Shown here: one piece after another, positions 42,309 through 56,026 of the stretch
Layout of the letters: every line of letters starts with the position of its first letter
Position numbering within the stretch: the first letter of the stretch is position 1
Assembly: GCF_006345805.1 (NCBI RefSeq)
Contig: NC_043001.1
Span: 132,308,001 to 132,372,000 of the forward strand
DNA: 64,000 nt
DNA from: Octopus sinensis
Taxonomy: Eukaryota
Reading direction: 5' to 3'
Translations under genes and position numbers: made by a program
The notes under the pieces: model-generated
Database searches by the model: none
Seen by the model: only the letters and a program-made list of their open reading frames with translations
Told to the model about the DNA's origin: nothing

Positions 42309-44009
42309 TCTTAGTAAGAGACTTTTTATTCAAATAATTTTATCAGAGCTATTCCATTCAGGACAAATGTTACGGAGTAACAGATGACACAATAGCATTT
42401 ACTTCTTTTGTTATAAAACAGAATTATGTACCACTTCTCTGAACAAAGTAGAAATTCCATATACAAGGAAATTCAGGAATCACCACTCCTTAGTTTGCAG
42501 GAGGCTTCTTCATTTTATATAGTTACAAATAATATAATCTTTCATCTTTTACTTGTTTCAGTCATTAGACTGCAGCCATGCAGGGACACCATCTTGAAGA
42601 ATTTTTTAACACCCACAAATAATTCCATTTGGTCCTCTACAGGTGCTGAACATATTTCTAAAAGAGTGCACATTTATTATATTTGCTACTCTAACTTTAT
42701 GAGGGAAAGAAAATGGCCAAAGTAACTAATATACTTTTAGCTGTTGCCAATGATGACAATAATAATGAGATGTGAAACTGCCAGACTCAAATAGAAAGTG
42801 GATTGATTATTGTAAAATAGCATTATATTCTCAGCCACATAGTTCAATCAACAAAACCTCATCATGATAACAGGCTTCAGCTAAAAAAAAAATAAATCAA
42901 CTATTCTCCTCCCCACCTCTGGACATATACAATCCTCTGTAAAACTTTGATGAAATACATATCCTTTGTAATATAAATAACCTTTAATCATCTCTGCATG
43001 GTATTATCACTGGCTTAGGGACTGGCTGTTGATAGTCTTGTCGTATTAATGAGGCAATTTGTTGTCTTGACTGCAGATACAAAAGCTAAACTAAAACAAA
43101 TCAGGGAAAACAAAAGAAACATAAATCTTACAATGTCTTTTCATTAGAAAAAGTAATAATATTCTCACATCGTAACATTAAACAGTTTCACTCAACAACA
43201 TTATCCCTCACATATCTATCATTTCTCTGACTGTTACTGTTTGATTTGATTTTTTTTTTAACTTTCTTTATAATCATAATTTCGTTAAAGAAACTATAAT
43301 CTATTTCTAGTAAATTAATCCAGCATCACAGGAATTATGAATTTGATTGCAGGTTGAAATTTTTGTTTTGCATAATTAATATTTCAGAAAGGAAGGAGGG
43401 GTAAGAGGAAAGGAGGGAAATGAAGAAAAAAATAACTGGAAACAATGGCAAGGTGAGTGGAAAAACGTAGCCCAAGTTGTAATTTCTTTCAATTTAAGAA
43501 TTCAAAATGTCATTAGCAGCATGCGAAATAAATATCAATGTCAAAAAATTTGTTCATGTTCTCTATAACAAATAGTCTTAGCTAGCTATTTATAACCGGA
43601 TTAAGGTTTCTGGAAGACTTTGTGCAAAGAAAAGCAAACAAGTAATTAGTCATTGTCCTCTTTAGATAAAACTTATTAACATTCACTGAATTAAGAATAC
43701 TGTTAAGTTGTTTGGCAAAATTTTCATTCATCAACAATAGCAGCAATCTTATGACTTGAGGTGATAAATTTTATATTCGTTATGATAAGCTACACACACC
43801 AAAGTAAAACAATAAAAATTCACTCTCTGGTTCATTACTTGAACATTCAAAATACTCAACAGTTACGAAGTTAGAGTTGCTAGCACACAAACACAGCATC
43901 AAGTCTGGGTGTTGATATTTGATTTTAAAAAAACAAAATTGCCAAGTTATACCCATTTACACAGGAAATTTTTGATCTACAGGAGTATTTTGGTAATTTG
44001 ATACTTCAT

Positions 44010-44321
44010 TTAATCCGTTTGTGGCCGTTGCCAGCTTCGCCTGGACCCCGTGCTGGTGGCACGTAAAAAGCACCATCCGTCCGTGGCTGTTTGCCAGCTC
44101 CGTCTGGCACCTGTGCGGGTAAAAGCACCCACTGTGTGGGTAAAAAGCACCCACTACACTCACAGAGTGGTTGGCGTTAGGAAGGGCATCCAGCCGTAGA
44201 AACACTGCCAGATCAGACTGGGCCTGATGCAGCCTTCTAGCTTCACGGACCCCAGTTGAACCATCCAACCCATGCTAGCATGGAAAGCGGACGCTAAATG
44301 ATGATGATGATGATGATGATG
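44010..44321 (+). mobile_element. RTE 3'UTR-derived element with (GAT)n tail
   Basis: Same family as 16600-17020. Confidence 0.75.
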
Positions 44322-44974
44322 ATTTCTTTTCTCATTTCATATTCACTCCACTATACATATGATGATTTATTTAGTGAAGCAATTATTTTATAGCCAGATG
44401 TCCTTTCTATTGCTAACCACTAACCAAATAGATTTTTGATCAGGTTAACAAACAGCAGCAGATAGCACAACACAGCAACATTATAAATACATAATATTTA
44501 TTGATTCCCATCATATTTAGATAAATGTATTTTGCTCAGTAAACCTAAGAGTAGAAAATGGATAAATTCCAACACAAAATCATAATCATAAAGTAAAACT
44601 AAAATTGATTGCATCAATTTTGGTAGACTACTCGTACTTATTTCATCAAGTAATAAACTTGATAAAAGAGGAAATTGACTTCAATAAAATTTGTTCTAAC
44701 AGTAAAGAGCGAGGAGTAAAATGAAATGCTATTTAGTCTGATGCTCTGCCATCTCTACAAACTCACCACAGTTGGAATGAAAACAACACTTCTTTTTTAT
44801 GGAGATGTACTTGCATAGCAAGTGACCTGATCTGAGATCGTGTGCTGGAATGAAAACAATTGCAGCATGGAAGATGCTTATAAGCCATTTAAGAAACACA
44901 CAAAAACCGTTAGATTCACTTCAACATTTAATCCCACTAATTACTTATTTTGGATGTCTGTGCTAAATTGAAAG

Positions 44975-45041
<67 letters not shown>

Positions 45042-46310
45042 GCTTCACCATTCCAGATCTCTGTGATTATAAAGTCTCTGTGTAGAAATGTCTAGAATCT
45101 ATACCAAATATATATTTTTGTTCACAAACAGTTCTACATATTTCCTTTCAGCTTTTTTTTTATCAACCAATCTCAAAATAAGTATAAACATTAGAAGAAG
45201 TTTTAAAAGGAAAGTGGAACTTCAATAATCCTAAAATCAAACCAGAAACTTAACCCCAATTCTGTAGAATCTCAATTGTCAACTTTAATCCGAGTTGCTT
45301 AAGAAATGAGGCTACAAGTAACAATTTGTAGAGATTCTATATTTATGAAAATAAATCCTGTAACTACACTGTTGAATTCACTGGATTACTGTTTTTTTGA
45401 AGATAACATGAACTATCAGTTCCGTAAAAATAGAGCTTAAAAGTATTTTGTATATCGAAAGCAATTAAAGAGTAAGAAATACCATATAATGTCAGAATTC
45501 ATTGCTCATCACAGCACACAAGCTTCTTTTACTTTACAATGTTTATCTCCTCAGTTTATCTAGATATCTAAATGCTAGTTACTATTTTTACATGGCAACT
45601 AAACAAAGGAACTTGTTTAGTTCTGGAGTACTTATACTACAAGTACTGAAGTACTTACACTACAAAATATTGCAATTAATTTAACCCCTGTTTTCTTTGG
45701 AAACAGATGTAAAATAATCAAAACAGAATATATAACAAACATGTTTTATTATACTTAGATCTAAACATCCTTGTATTTTGAATCATTTCAAAGATTAAGA
45801 ACTATGGATCTCTCTGTCAAATTAAAACAATGAAGGTTGACAACTTGAAATGGATTTCTCAAAAGTAGCTTAATGGTTTGACAGAAGCTGGCCAGGTAGG
45901 AGCCTTCACCATGCTTCTGTGTCTGTTTTGGCATGGTTTTTATGGATGGATGTTCTTCCTAACACCAACCACTCCATAGAGTGGGCTGATTGCATTTTAC
46001 ATGGCACTTGCACAGGCAAGGTCAGTTTTGGCAAGGTTTTTACAGTTGAATGCCCTTTCAAATGCTAGCCATTTTACAATGTGGATTGGGTGCTTTTTAA
46101 GTGGTACCTGCACTGGTAAGATCACCAAGTAACTTTACAAGACAAGAAATCTTTGAAAGAGGAAGGGACATCGGCGGATGTGATCTTGTGACAGATGATG
46201 AAAGGTTAGAGTGTGACAGAGAGACAGAAACAGATGTCTTGCTTCAGAGGAGGTACGTGGTTACCCAGCCAGAGGAAGAGAGGTATTTATGTATTGTACA
46301 AAAATCTTAC

Positions 46311-47550
46311 AGCTAGTTTCTTCAACAAATTTCTTCTCTTTAGAAGGGTAATTGAAATTTATTATCTCTAAACCACATTGAAATATATCAAATTTACTCC
46401 CCAAACTCTTGATCAGATTAATAGATTTCCCAAATTCTTTCAACTTAGTATTAAGTTCATCAAAATGCAATGAAAATTTAGTGAAAAGCCAAGTTTACAT
46501 AGCCAAACAAAATACTTTAGCTGTGGAAAACTTTGCACTGTGCCTCCCACATCTAAAAAATTCTGATTTCACTTAAGTATTTCATAAACTGTTCAAGTTC
46601 TTGGCAATGACTCAACCAGTGTATATTACTAAACAATAATAAACTGATTCACTTTCATTTGGAAACACATTATCAATTATGCAAAAATGCTGGAATCTGT
46701 CAAATTGATTACCTGTGTCACAGCTCTCATCATGGCATTGATATTTTTAAGGCATATTTTGTACATGGTACTTTCTAATGTATAATACAAGATGACCAGC
46801 AGCTTCTGTAAATTGCTTTACTAAATCAACATTTTGACTTAACATTATGGGCAGCATCATTCATATTTGAAACTATTTTTGATGAATTTATTTGTCTTAT
46901 TCAAAACACTACAACAAAACAGTCCTATTTATCTTTTTCTGACATATTTTGAGGCAAATTCTCGCACTTAATCAACTTCCCATGAAGAGAAACTCAGTGA
47001 AAATGTTGTGTGATAACAGCTAATTGGGCTGTTGAGGTTATATCAGTGATCTCAGCAAGACATACAGACAAAAACTAACAGGTATTTAAATGTTTGAAAA
47101 TTTGATTTACTATTTCAGCATTCAATTTCATAACTTTCTCCTAAGTAGTATTTCTGTATTGCTAACTCATTCATCCACTCGCTTTATAACAGTGTCATTA
47201 TTATGGAAGTCATCAAATATAAATGATGCACATTTAACATAAGCTTCTTTAATGAACTCTATCACTTAATGATTTCCTGTGATCAACAATGCTAAAACTT
47301 GCAGCTGCTAAATGGGAAGAGTCTGTCAAGAATTTAAATAAGTTCTCCAACTGACAGCATTTCTGCTTTAACAGTTGGGGTATATATTGTTTGTGGTCTG
47401 CAACAGGTTTGGAAGAATGACTAGTGTTTAGTGTCAGAATACCTATTCCAAGTTCTACCTGCAACTAATTCCTTAAACAATGCGCAAAGACATTTATCAC
47501 CATTATCAATACTGATATATTATTCAGTCTATCAATCTTGACAATTTTAT
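46311..47550 (-). pseudogene. Decayed hAT (Charlie/SPIN, GTF2IRD2-like) transposase
   Basis: Frameshifted pieces: KCLCAL...DTKH (BED-like), ASFSI..H.KSLSD/EFIKEAYVKCASFIFDDF, CLAEITDITSTAQLAVI, PIMLSQNVDLVKQFTEAAGH, WLSHCQELEQFMKYLSEIRIF, HFDELNTKL. Many stops. Confidence 0.8.
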
Positions 47551-47963
47551 TCACTTTCTTTTATGATAATTTACTTTCTTTCTTTTTGTTATTAGTATTT
47601 GATACCATTATGATTAGGTATGGAAAAGAAGAAAATTTTTTTTTTTAATTTAAAAATATGTACTTGTCATATCATGTTAACATGTGTAAGTGACTAATTC
47701 CTTAATTTGTAAGCAACTTTTAATTCATAGGATGTAATATAAAGTACTGTATGGTTAGGTATCACCAAAAATACAAAATTTTGAGACTGTGTTAAACATC
47801 TAAAATTCTTTGTGAAATTTAGTGAGTCTTTATTACGGGATATTGTAGGGAGAGCATTTTTTTTTTTCAAAAATTCATTGCATATCCCCTAAAAGTTCAC
47901 ATATATCATAGTTTCCCATCACTGCCCTAAGATGTACTAATTTTCTTTTCCCCATAGGCCATG

Positions 47964-48165
47964 ATATGGGAGGGTGCTGAAATGTTCCTGGCTTGGTTGG
48001 AGGCCCAACATTACGAATTCTTTTATAGGGCTTAGAAAACGTGAAGGACCACTACAATAGGTGTGTGAATCTGGGAGGAGAATATGTTGATTAAAATCAT
48101 AATTAACAGATCTTCCTGTATTTTCTTTTACCCAAAGCCAGGAACTTTTCAGCACCTCCTCATAT
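47964..48165. mobile_element. mariner-type MITE
   Basis: ~30-bp TIRs atatg(g/a)g(a/g)ggtgctgaaa(t/a)gttcctggctt with TA at the ends. Confidence 0.75.
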
Positions 48166-49145
48166 GTCTTGAAATTGATATTACACTCCTATTCTTCTCA
48201 CTTTAGTATCAAAATTGAAGAATAGTTGTTACTCAGCCAAAAAAGTTTCATTTGCTAGTTCCTCCCAACTAATGTACCTTTGAAGTGATTAAGTGGTTCC
48301 TCCAAATCAGGAAACAGCCAGCAGTTGTTTGACAATCTTCCCTTCTGCATTGAAGCATCACAACTGGCTGAGGTAAAAACTAAAAGAACAGTGTTTCATA
48401 ACCTGTTAACGTGGCATGGCAAAGAAATACGTTCACTAGACAGCAGCCTAGTACACGTTGATGCAAGTAGGAACACTTTGGTACATTTTATCACTCTAAT
48501 GAGAGACAGTATTGTAAATTTAGAACAATTTAGAATATTTTACTTATAAATAGGTACATTTTACAGAGTTGAACACTTAGAGCTCAGCATTAGGATTCAG
48601 AATGAACCACATGAAAACAAAAAAACATATAATCAAAAAATGTAGCACCTGGCCAAATAAAGGTGGGAAGCAATGACTACTTAAGTATGACTACTTTGGG
48701 TACACAGTGAATATGTGCCAAAATATGGATAGATATGTTTCTTTTTTTTTTTTTTTTTTTGCTTATTAATGTGACAAGTGCATATTGTGCTGACTAATAT
48801 TGCTGACATAACTGATTATCATAACAGAATACAACATTCTGAACAGAACTGAAATTATATAAAAAATTACAAGAACACAAAATAGAAAAAACTTTGAGAA
48901 ATATCGAGTTTTTTTTTCTTTGAAATATACTTTGCTCCAACAGATTCTAATTCTTTTTATAACTCTCCAATAAGCATTACAGTAATTTGGAATTTGATGT
49001 TGTAATAATAATATTCCAAAGTAAGTTCATATTTACAAAGTCATCTCAATGCATGGTACTTCAAAAAATCTCAGTTGAGGAGGTAAGAGAAAAGTTGACT
49101 AATATAGTCAAAAGAAAGATGAAAAAATACAAACATCGGAATTAC

Positions 49146-49285
49146 CTTTTCATGGCTTCCTGCTGAACATTGGAGTTTTCCTCATTAACCAAATTATTCT
49201 TGTTTATTTCTTGCTCTTCTGTTACATTTTCTATGTTACCTAGGTCTGAGCTTACAACTTCTTCTTCAGTTAAACTCGTAACATT
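49146..49285 (-). CDS. KIF17: Upstream KIF17-like stalk exon: NVTSLTEEEVVSSDLGNIENVTEEQEINKNNLVNEENSNVQQEAMK(R)
   Basis: Minus strand attatctttgcag|AAT...AAAAG|gtaatt; 140 nt, open, ends in phase 2. It joins 3853-3968 in frame to give QQEAMKRLLVLQQQMVGGE, a sensible coiled-coil junction. Confidence 0.72.
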
Positions 49286-50155
49286 CTGCAAAGATAATAC
49301 CCTTAATTATAAACCTAATTTTGGAGAAATTTGCAACTTTTTCTCTGATGTGATTCATATTGCAAAAGCTCAAGACCCTTCACCATCAAAGTAATTGGTT
49401 ATATTTAGGGAATGACCTCCCGGCATAACACCTGCATAGTTTGTAATTAATTTCAACTTCAATTCAATTTTTCAAATAAAGTTATTGATTTAGTAATTCC
49501 AAAAGAAACTTTACAGTTATTTATGTAACTTTATAAATGTTACATATATGCAAATTTAAGAGAAATCTTTGGAATACTGTGTTTTATATGTAAGTCTTTT
49601 TAAAAATAAAAATAAAAGCTACATAGCAGTGTTTTTACTTTTGACATGTTTTAAGAAAACAAAGCCACTAGAAATTATCATTAAAAAGTTACCTTCATAA
49701 TAAAGAATTACTTTATATCTAAAGGTCAATAACATGAGGCTGACACAAGAAATTATCATGCCAACTAGGATAAACAATTCATGAAATGTTTACCTCATAC
49801 ATCAAACAATTAACAACGCACTAATAAATATTTGATAAATTCAGAAAGATTGCACTTTAATAAATAGTGAGGCAGATTCTTGCTCAAAGTAGGATTTTCA
49901 TTTGGGTGTTCAGTACATTGGACAAAAAAAAATACTAATTCAAAAATTTCAAGGAAAAAAGAAATAAAATAAATTCTAACAAGTTACAAAGAAAATTTTG
50001 GCCCAACATAATATCCATTTACTTCCTAAAGTAGAATTCAGTAATGAAATAATTTTTACCAATATTTCTATTCTAGCACTGCTATAGAGATCTGTGTCTT
50101 ACTGTTCCCATCCCAGTCTAACTTAGAACAGCCTTACTATTCATTATCCTTATCC

Positions 50156-50504
<349 letters not shown>

Positions 50505-50506
<2 letters not shown>

Positions 50507-51750
50507 TATTCAGTAGTTTTATTTTTATTTTTATAGCGTGCTTTCACTTCACTACCGAGCGCAGCTCTGTGTGCCTTGGGTATGTGCTGTGATTTGTTGT
50601 GATGCTCTGATGGTTATTGTATGGAAAGTGTTCTGCGTAGGATGTGTGCAGTGCCTAGTAGTGCAATTTTCTGTATGTTATATGTGTTTGTAAGTCCTGG
50701 TGTTTTTGTTATGTATTTGTCTGAATATTTTTTTATCATGCCTAATGCACCTACTATGATAGGAATTGTTTCTGTTTTCAGATTCCACATTCTAGTTACC
50801 TCTATTTCCAGGTCTTTGTATTTTGAGAGTTTCTCCATTTCTTTAGAGACACGTTGTCATCTGCCGGTACTGATACATCAATTAGAAAGCATTTTTTTTC
50901 TTCATGGTCTCTGACAACTATATCTGGTCTGTTGGCCTTAATTTCTCTATCTGTGTGTATCGGCATCCCAGAGTATGGTTGCTTTCTCGTTTTCTGTGAC
51001 CTTTTCTGGTGTGTGCCTATACCATCTTTTTTCTGTTGTTATTCCATAATGTTGGCATAGCTTCCAATGTATGTAAGTTCCAACTCTGTCATGTCTGTGA
51101 ATATATTCCTTCTTAGCCAGGACTGGGCAGCTAGAGATAATATGATTTATTGTTTCTTGTCCATCTCCACATATTCTGCAGTTACTTGTAATATTTCTTT
51201 TCATTACATGTCTTTGGTAATTTCTGGTGGGGAGGCTTTGGTCTTGTGCTGCAATTAAAAATCCCTCTGTTTCTGCTTTGAGTCCTGAGCTTCTCAACCA
51301 TTGCTGGGATTTTTTTTGTCTATTCTTTTGCGTTTAGTTTAGTCCAGTATTTACCATGAAGGGGCTTTTCTTGCCATCATTTTATCATGGTTCGTTGCTG
51401 TTCTATTTTTAGTTTGGATTTCATTTTTTTTATAGCTGTTGTTGTTTCTTTCTTCTTCTTCTTCTTCATGTTTATTAGGTGGTATGATTTCTTGTTGTAT
51501 TGTCAGCTTCCTTAAATACTGAGAACAGTTTTTTGTTTTGCTCGTGTTTTGCCGCTATCTGGATCAGTTTTCCTTCTTCTGAAGTAGATATTTGCAGTCC
51601 TATGGTGGTTATTTTATAGTAGTTTTCCAGCTGTATAAGGCCTCTACCACCTTCTATACGTTGTATATATAGTCTTTCTATGTCAGATTTTGGGTGATGC
51701 ATCTAGATCCTGTCATTATTTTTCTTGTTTTCCTGTCTATTTTGGTCAGT
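50505..51750 (-). mobile_element. 5'-truncated Dong/R4-clade (RLE) non-LTR retrotransposon in a (TAA)n array
   Basis: LKAETEGFLIAAQDQSL...CRICGDGQETINHIISSCPVLAKKEYIHRHD (CCHC knuckle) and IPIIVGALG...QKIALLGTAHILRR; frameshifted; (TTA)n on both sides. Confidence 0.88.
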
Positions 51751-51751
<1 letters not shown>

Positions 51752-51783
<32 letters not shown>

Positions 51784-51831
51784 TATTATTTATTATTATT
51801 ATTATCATTATTATTATTATTATTATTATCA

Positions 51832-51862
<31 letters not shown>

Positions 51863-51948
51863 CATTATTATTATTATTATCATTATTATTATTATTATCA
51901 TTATTATCCTTATTATTATTATTATCATTATTATTATTATTATTATTA

Positions 51949-51991
<43 letters not shown>

Positions 51992-52028
51992 CATCATTAT
52001 TATTATTATTATCATTATTATTATTATT
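51752..52028. repeat. Long (ATT)n/(ATC) microsatellite
   Basis: Directly visible. Confidence 0.95.
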
Positions 52029-52403
52029 AAGGCAGTGAGATGGCAGAATCATTAGCACACTGGACAAAATGTCTATTGACATTTCATGAGTTCAAGCTTT
52101 GCCGAGGTCAACTTTACCATTCATTCTTTCAGAGTTAATAAAATAAGTATCACTTGATCACTGGAGTTGATGTAACTGACTAGCAACCCCACCCCCCAAA
52201 AAAATTTCAGGCTTTGTGTCTATTGTACAAAGATGAGCAGTTAAATTATGAAAGAAGTGGGTAGAACAAGTTTCTTGCTTTACAGAAGCTACATGGCTAC
52301 TCATATTTTGACAAGAGGGTGGAAATAGTCGGGTTAGGCTGGAGAAAGATAGAATAGAGGTGAAGATAGATAGACAGACAGACAGATAAATAGCTATTTT
52401 GCT

Positions 52404-52598
52404 TCATCATCATCATTGTTCGACCGTGGTCGAGACAATGGAATTTACCATGCTACGCCAGACTTCACGGTCCATCATAGCATTACGGAGGTCCTATTGC
52501 TGGATGCCTGTATCCCTGGAGGTTACATCAGGGTAGGAGAGTGTGTGCCCTCTGGTATTGCGAGTAGATAGCTTCCAGAGGAGAAGAGTAGAAATTGC
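52404..52598 (-). mobile_element. Second copy of the same RTE-clade 3' end, inserted into an older repeat
   Basis: 5 mismatches in about 185 bp versus 2024-2207; flanked by ttgctt on both sides. Confidence 0.8.
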
Positions 52599-53230
52599 TT
52601 AGGCATTACAAGACTAATATATTGGTGTAGAACTCAATATACACATGCTTCAGAATGAAACATTAGCTGAGTATGGGGGTGATAATAAGAACATGAGATA
52701 ACAAAGGAATAAATGACTATCTTATTCTTTCGTCATCTCATTCTCTCTCACACTCACACAGGAAATGTAATCTGGCAAGCAGTTTGATCTGAGACCATGT
52801 GTTGAAACTAAAGTAATTATTGTGTGGAAGACACACGCTGACCATTCCAAAATACAAGAACACTGTAAACTTCACACAATTCTTTATTATCTGGTGTCAG
52901 TGAGACTGCATGAGTGACCAGGTTGCAGTTAGGGCATCAAAAACTTTGGTACTAAATAGTAAGTGTTGAAGTTAACAGCTTTTGTGTGACTTTGAATGGC
53001 TAATTTGTGTCTTCCGTGTTGTAATTTACATATATACATATGGACATGTATACATCCATGAATGCATGTATGTATGTATGTGTGTATGTATGCATGTGTG
53101 TATGTACTTATGTATGTAAAGTTATATTTGAATGCGAACTGAAATACACAGCTATATATGCTTATGCACAAAAATTATTGGAAAATAGATATCACACATT
53201 AATACAGAGGCTTTATTAACTGATGATTAA

Positions 53231-53876
53231 CCCCTTGCAGGTGGATTTAGTACTGACAGTCTGTGTTGTGTATCAGTATTAGGCCATTCAGTAACTACAT
53301 AATTTTTCATATAAGGTGCAGGAGTGGCTGTGTTGTAAGTAGCTTGCTAACCAACCACATGGTTCCGGGTTCAGTCCCACTGTGTGGAATCTTGGGCAAG
53401 TGTCTTCTGCTATAGCCCCGGGCCGACCAATGCCTTGTGAGTGGATTTGGTAGATGGAAACTGAAAGAAGCCTGTCGTATATATGTATATATATATGTAT
53501 GTGTGTGTATGTGTTTGTGTGTCTGTGTTTGTCCCTCTAGCATTGCTTGACAACCGATGCTGGTGTGTTTACGTCCCCGTCACTTAGCGGTTTGGCAAAA
53601 GAGACTGATAGAATATGTATTGGGCTTACAAAGAATAAGTCCCGGGGTCGATATGCTCGACTAAAGGCGGTGCTCCAGCATGGCCGCAGTCAAATGACTG
53701 AAACAAGTAAAAGAGTAAAAGAGTAAGAGTATAAGGAATTTTACAGTGTACTCCCAGATTCTTCTCAGTGTAGTATATTTGAAAACACACTGCTACACAG
53801 AGTGAAACATCACACTGCTCACGCACACACACACAGTGTTTCGATGTGGTCAGTACTGCTTTCCAACTGCAAGAGG
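53231..53876. mobile_element. piggyBac-type MITE containing a full-length SINE family A insertion (53313-53730)
   Basis: TTAA at 53227-53230 and 53877-53880; imperfect TIRs CC(C/T)CTTGCAG(G/T)TGGA...AGTACTGAC; tataagg duplicated around the SINE. Confidence 0.75.
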
Positions 53877-55805
53877 TTAATTAAATCTCCATAAAAAAAA
53901 TGTAAGAACAAAATTACAGGTCCTGAGACACAAGCTAAAATTTATTGTATTTCTGAGCAAGACACTTTTTAATCTATGTCTTCAGTGCACTTAGGTATCA
54001 GAAAATTTTATAAGACTTTTTTTTCTGTTAAGTGTTGATAACCAGCATTGTCCTTATAGATGAGAGATTTATCTCTCATCTATTTAAGACTATAAAAACC
54101 AGAACTGCTGAGAAAAGATTGCTGAATGATTAGCAGTTTTGTTTTTTGTTTGTTTTTTTTTTCTTTTGGTTTTTTTTTTCCATATTATACACCACAACAA
54201 TATCCAATTTTTCTTGTTTCTTATGTGCCTTTCAGAAAATTTTAACAAAAAAGTATTACAGTTTTGTTTAATATGCCAGATTTCCTATGCAATAAATATA
54301 TTGTGTGCTTTTATGAGAGTATGAAAAGTAAAATATACAGAAACAAATTCCTAAGCAAAGGTAGATATACCTGTATAGGTGCACAAGTGCTTGCACACAC
54401 ACACACTTAATGTATACTTATGTATACATATTTTATATGTATGTGTGTGTGTGTAAGTAATCACATGCATATATACTTGTGTATGTACACACGTACACAC
54501 ACCCACTTGAGGTATACATACATATAGTATACGTGTGTGTGTGTGTGTGAGTGTATGTGTAAGTAATTATACGCATATATATATATATATATTTGTTTAT
54601 ATATGCACACATAAACACATATACATATGTGCATGCTTATACGCACACATGTTTATACACTCATGCACACATATACACATACACACATGTACATACATAT
54701 ATTCATGTGTGCATGTGTGTGTACATGTGCATGTGTGTGTGCCTATATGTATGTGCATGTGTGTGTACGTGTGCATGTGTGTATGTAGAATGAAAGAAAA
54801 GGAGAGACAGATATGCCTACATTCTTACATGCATGTGTGAGGAGAGTTATAAAATTCTTAATATGAGAAAGCTGTAAGCTATGAATTTTTGTTTATGAAA
54901 CATTCTTCACAAGAAGCAACAGAGTTACAGTATAATCAATCAGTAATTATCTATTAAAGAAATCCCAAGAAAACAAAAAAAGACAAATAAAAGTCAAGCA
55001 CATTTCTTTTTTTTATTTCTTCTTTTTCTTGCTTGTCATTGTTTTTTTGCTTGTCTTTTCTTAAAAGTTAAATAAGTTGCATTATATATATATATAAACT
55101 ATGTATAAATATAAAAAGTAATCTTTTCAACTGAAGAATGTAAGAATCATAAATTACAGATTAAAAAAGAAATGAAAAGGATGTTTCAAAAAGGTCATGG
55201 GCAAAAAAAACTAAAAAGAAAAACAAAAGATTAATTCCACAAATCATCTTTGCAAACCCATACAAATTTAGCAATGTATCAATAATGATTAGTATGTTAT
55301 GGCTATTGACAAATTAATAAATTCAAAAATCTAATTTTACTTATTAATTAATGAAAATAGTCTTCAAAAAATAATGCATTCTCTGAGTTTTTTCTTCCCT
55401 GCTAACAAAGCCAATTTTTATTATGAAAAATTAAAAGGATGCCCCAGCAATCAAAGGAAGTCCACACAATAAGGCATCATTCTGTTTTATTGTGGCTAAA
55501 TATTGGTTTTAGTTTGTCTGACAATGATTTTGAGGAGTTCTTGTAAGTTCAAATAAAGTTTGCTTTTTTATGTTTTTTTTAAAGGATATTCTATTTTATA
55601 TCCAATAGATTTTATATTGTTTTGTTTTGTTTTGTTTTTTTTTTCTTTATTTTCTAATGACAAGGAGTTACAGGTAGTGAATAGAACAGATTAAACTCAC
55701 TGCCAAGACCCTGTGAAACCTGTTATAGTTAGCCTAACAGGCATGGGAACCATTTCCTGTTAAAAGAAACAGCATGATACAAAGCTGTCCTTCTGTTTGC
55801 TTTAA

Positions 55806-56026
55806 CCCTTTTGTAACCAAATCTCTGTTGAAATTCATTACCTTTGTTTCAATCGATTTCGAAAAGAATGAAGAATTTAGTAAAATAATTTTGTCATTAT
55901 AAACCTAGTGTTTGAAGCATAAATAAATGTAAAATATTGATGGAAGATTTTAATTTAGATCACTTTAAATAGGAAGCTTGTATCATAAAACCTCAATCAG
56001 TCTTAGGCAAGTTGGTATCAAAAGGG
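55806..56026. mobile_element. piggyBac-type MITE (older)
   Basis: TTAA-CCCTTTTGTAACC...GGTATCAAAAGGG; right TSD decayed; related fragment at about 20905-21080. Confidence 0.6.

Noticed and set aside
43445-43461. ATG GCA AG|gtgagt as the start exon of another + gene (also a 9-nt unit at 57490-57498 and MDPKIAK at ~63358)
   Set aside because: No phase-compatible downstream exon found; such short signals are expected by chance.
46311-47458. Domesticated transposase exon (AG/GT-bounded)
   Set aside because: Numerous stops and frameshifts and a mutated catalytic Asp.
48396-48398. Selenocysteine or edited-stop readthrough at the lone TGA
   Set aside because: No selenoprotein-like context or SECIS recognised, and inclusion of the segment would frameshift the kinesin anyway.
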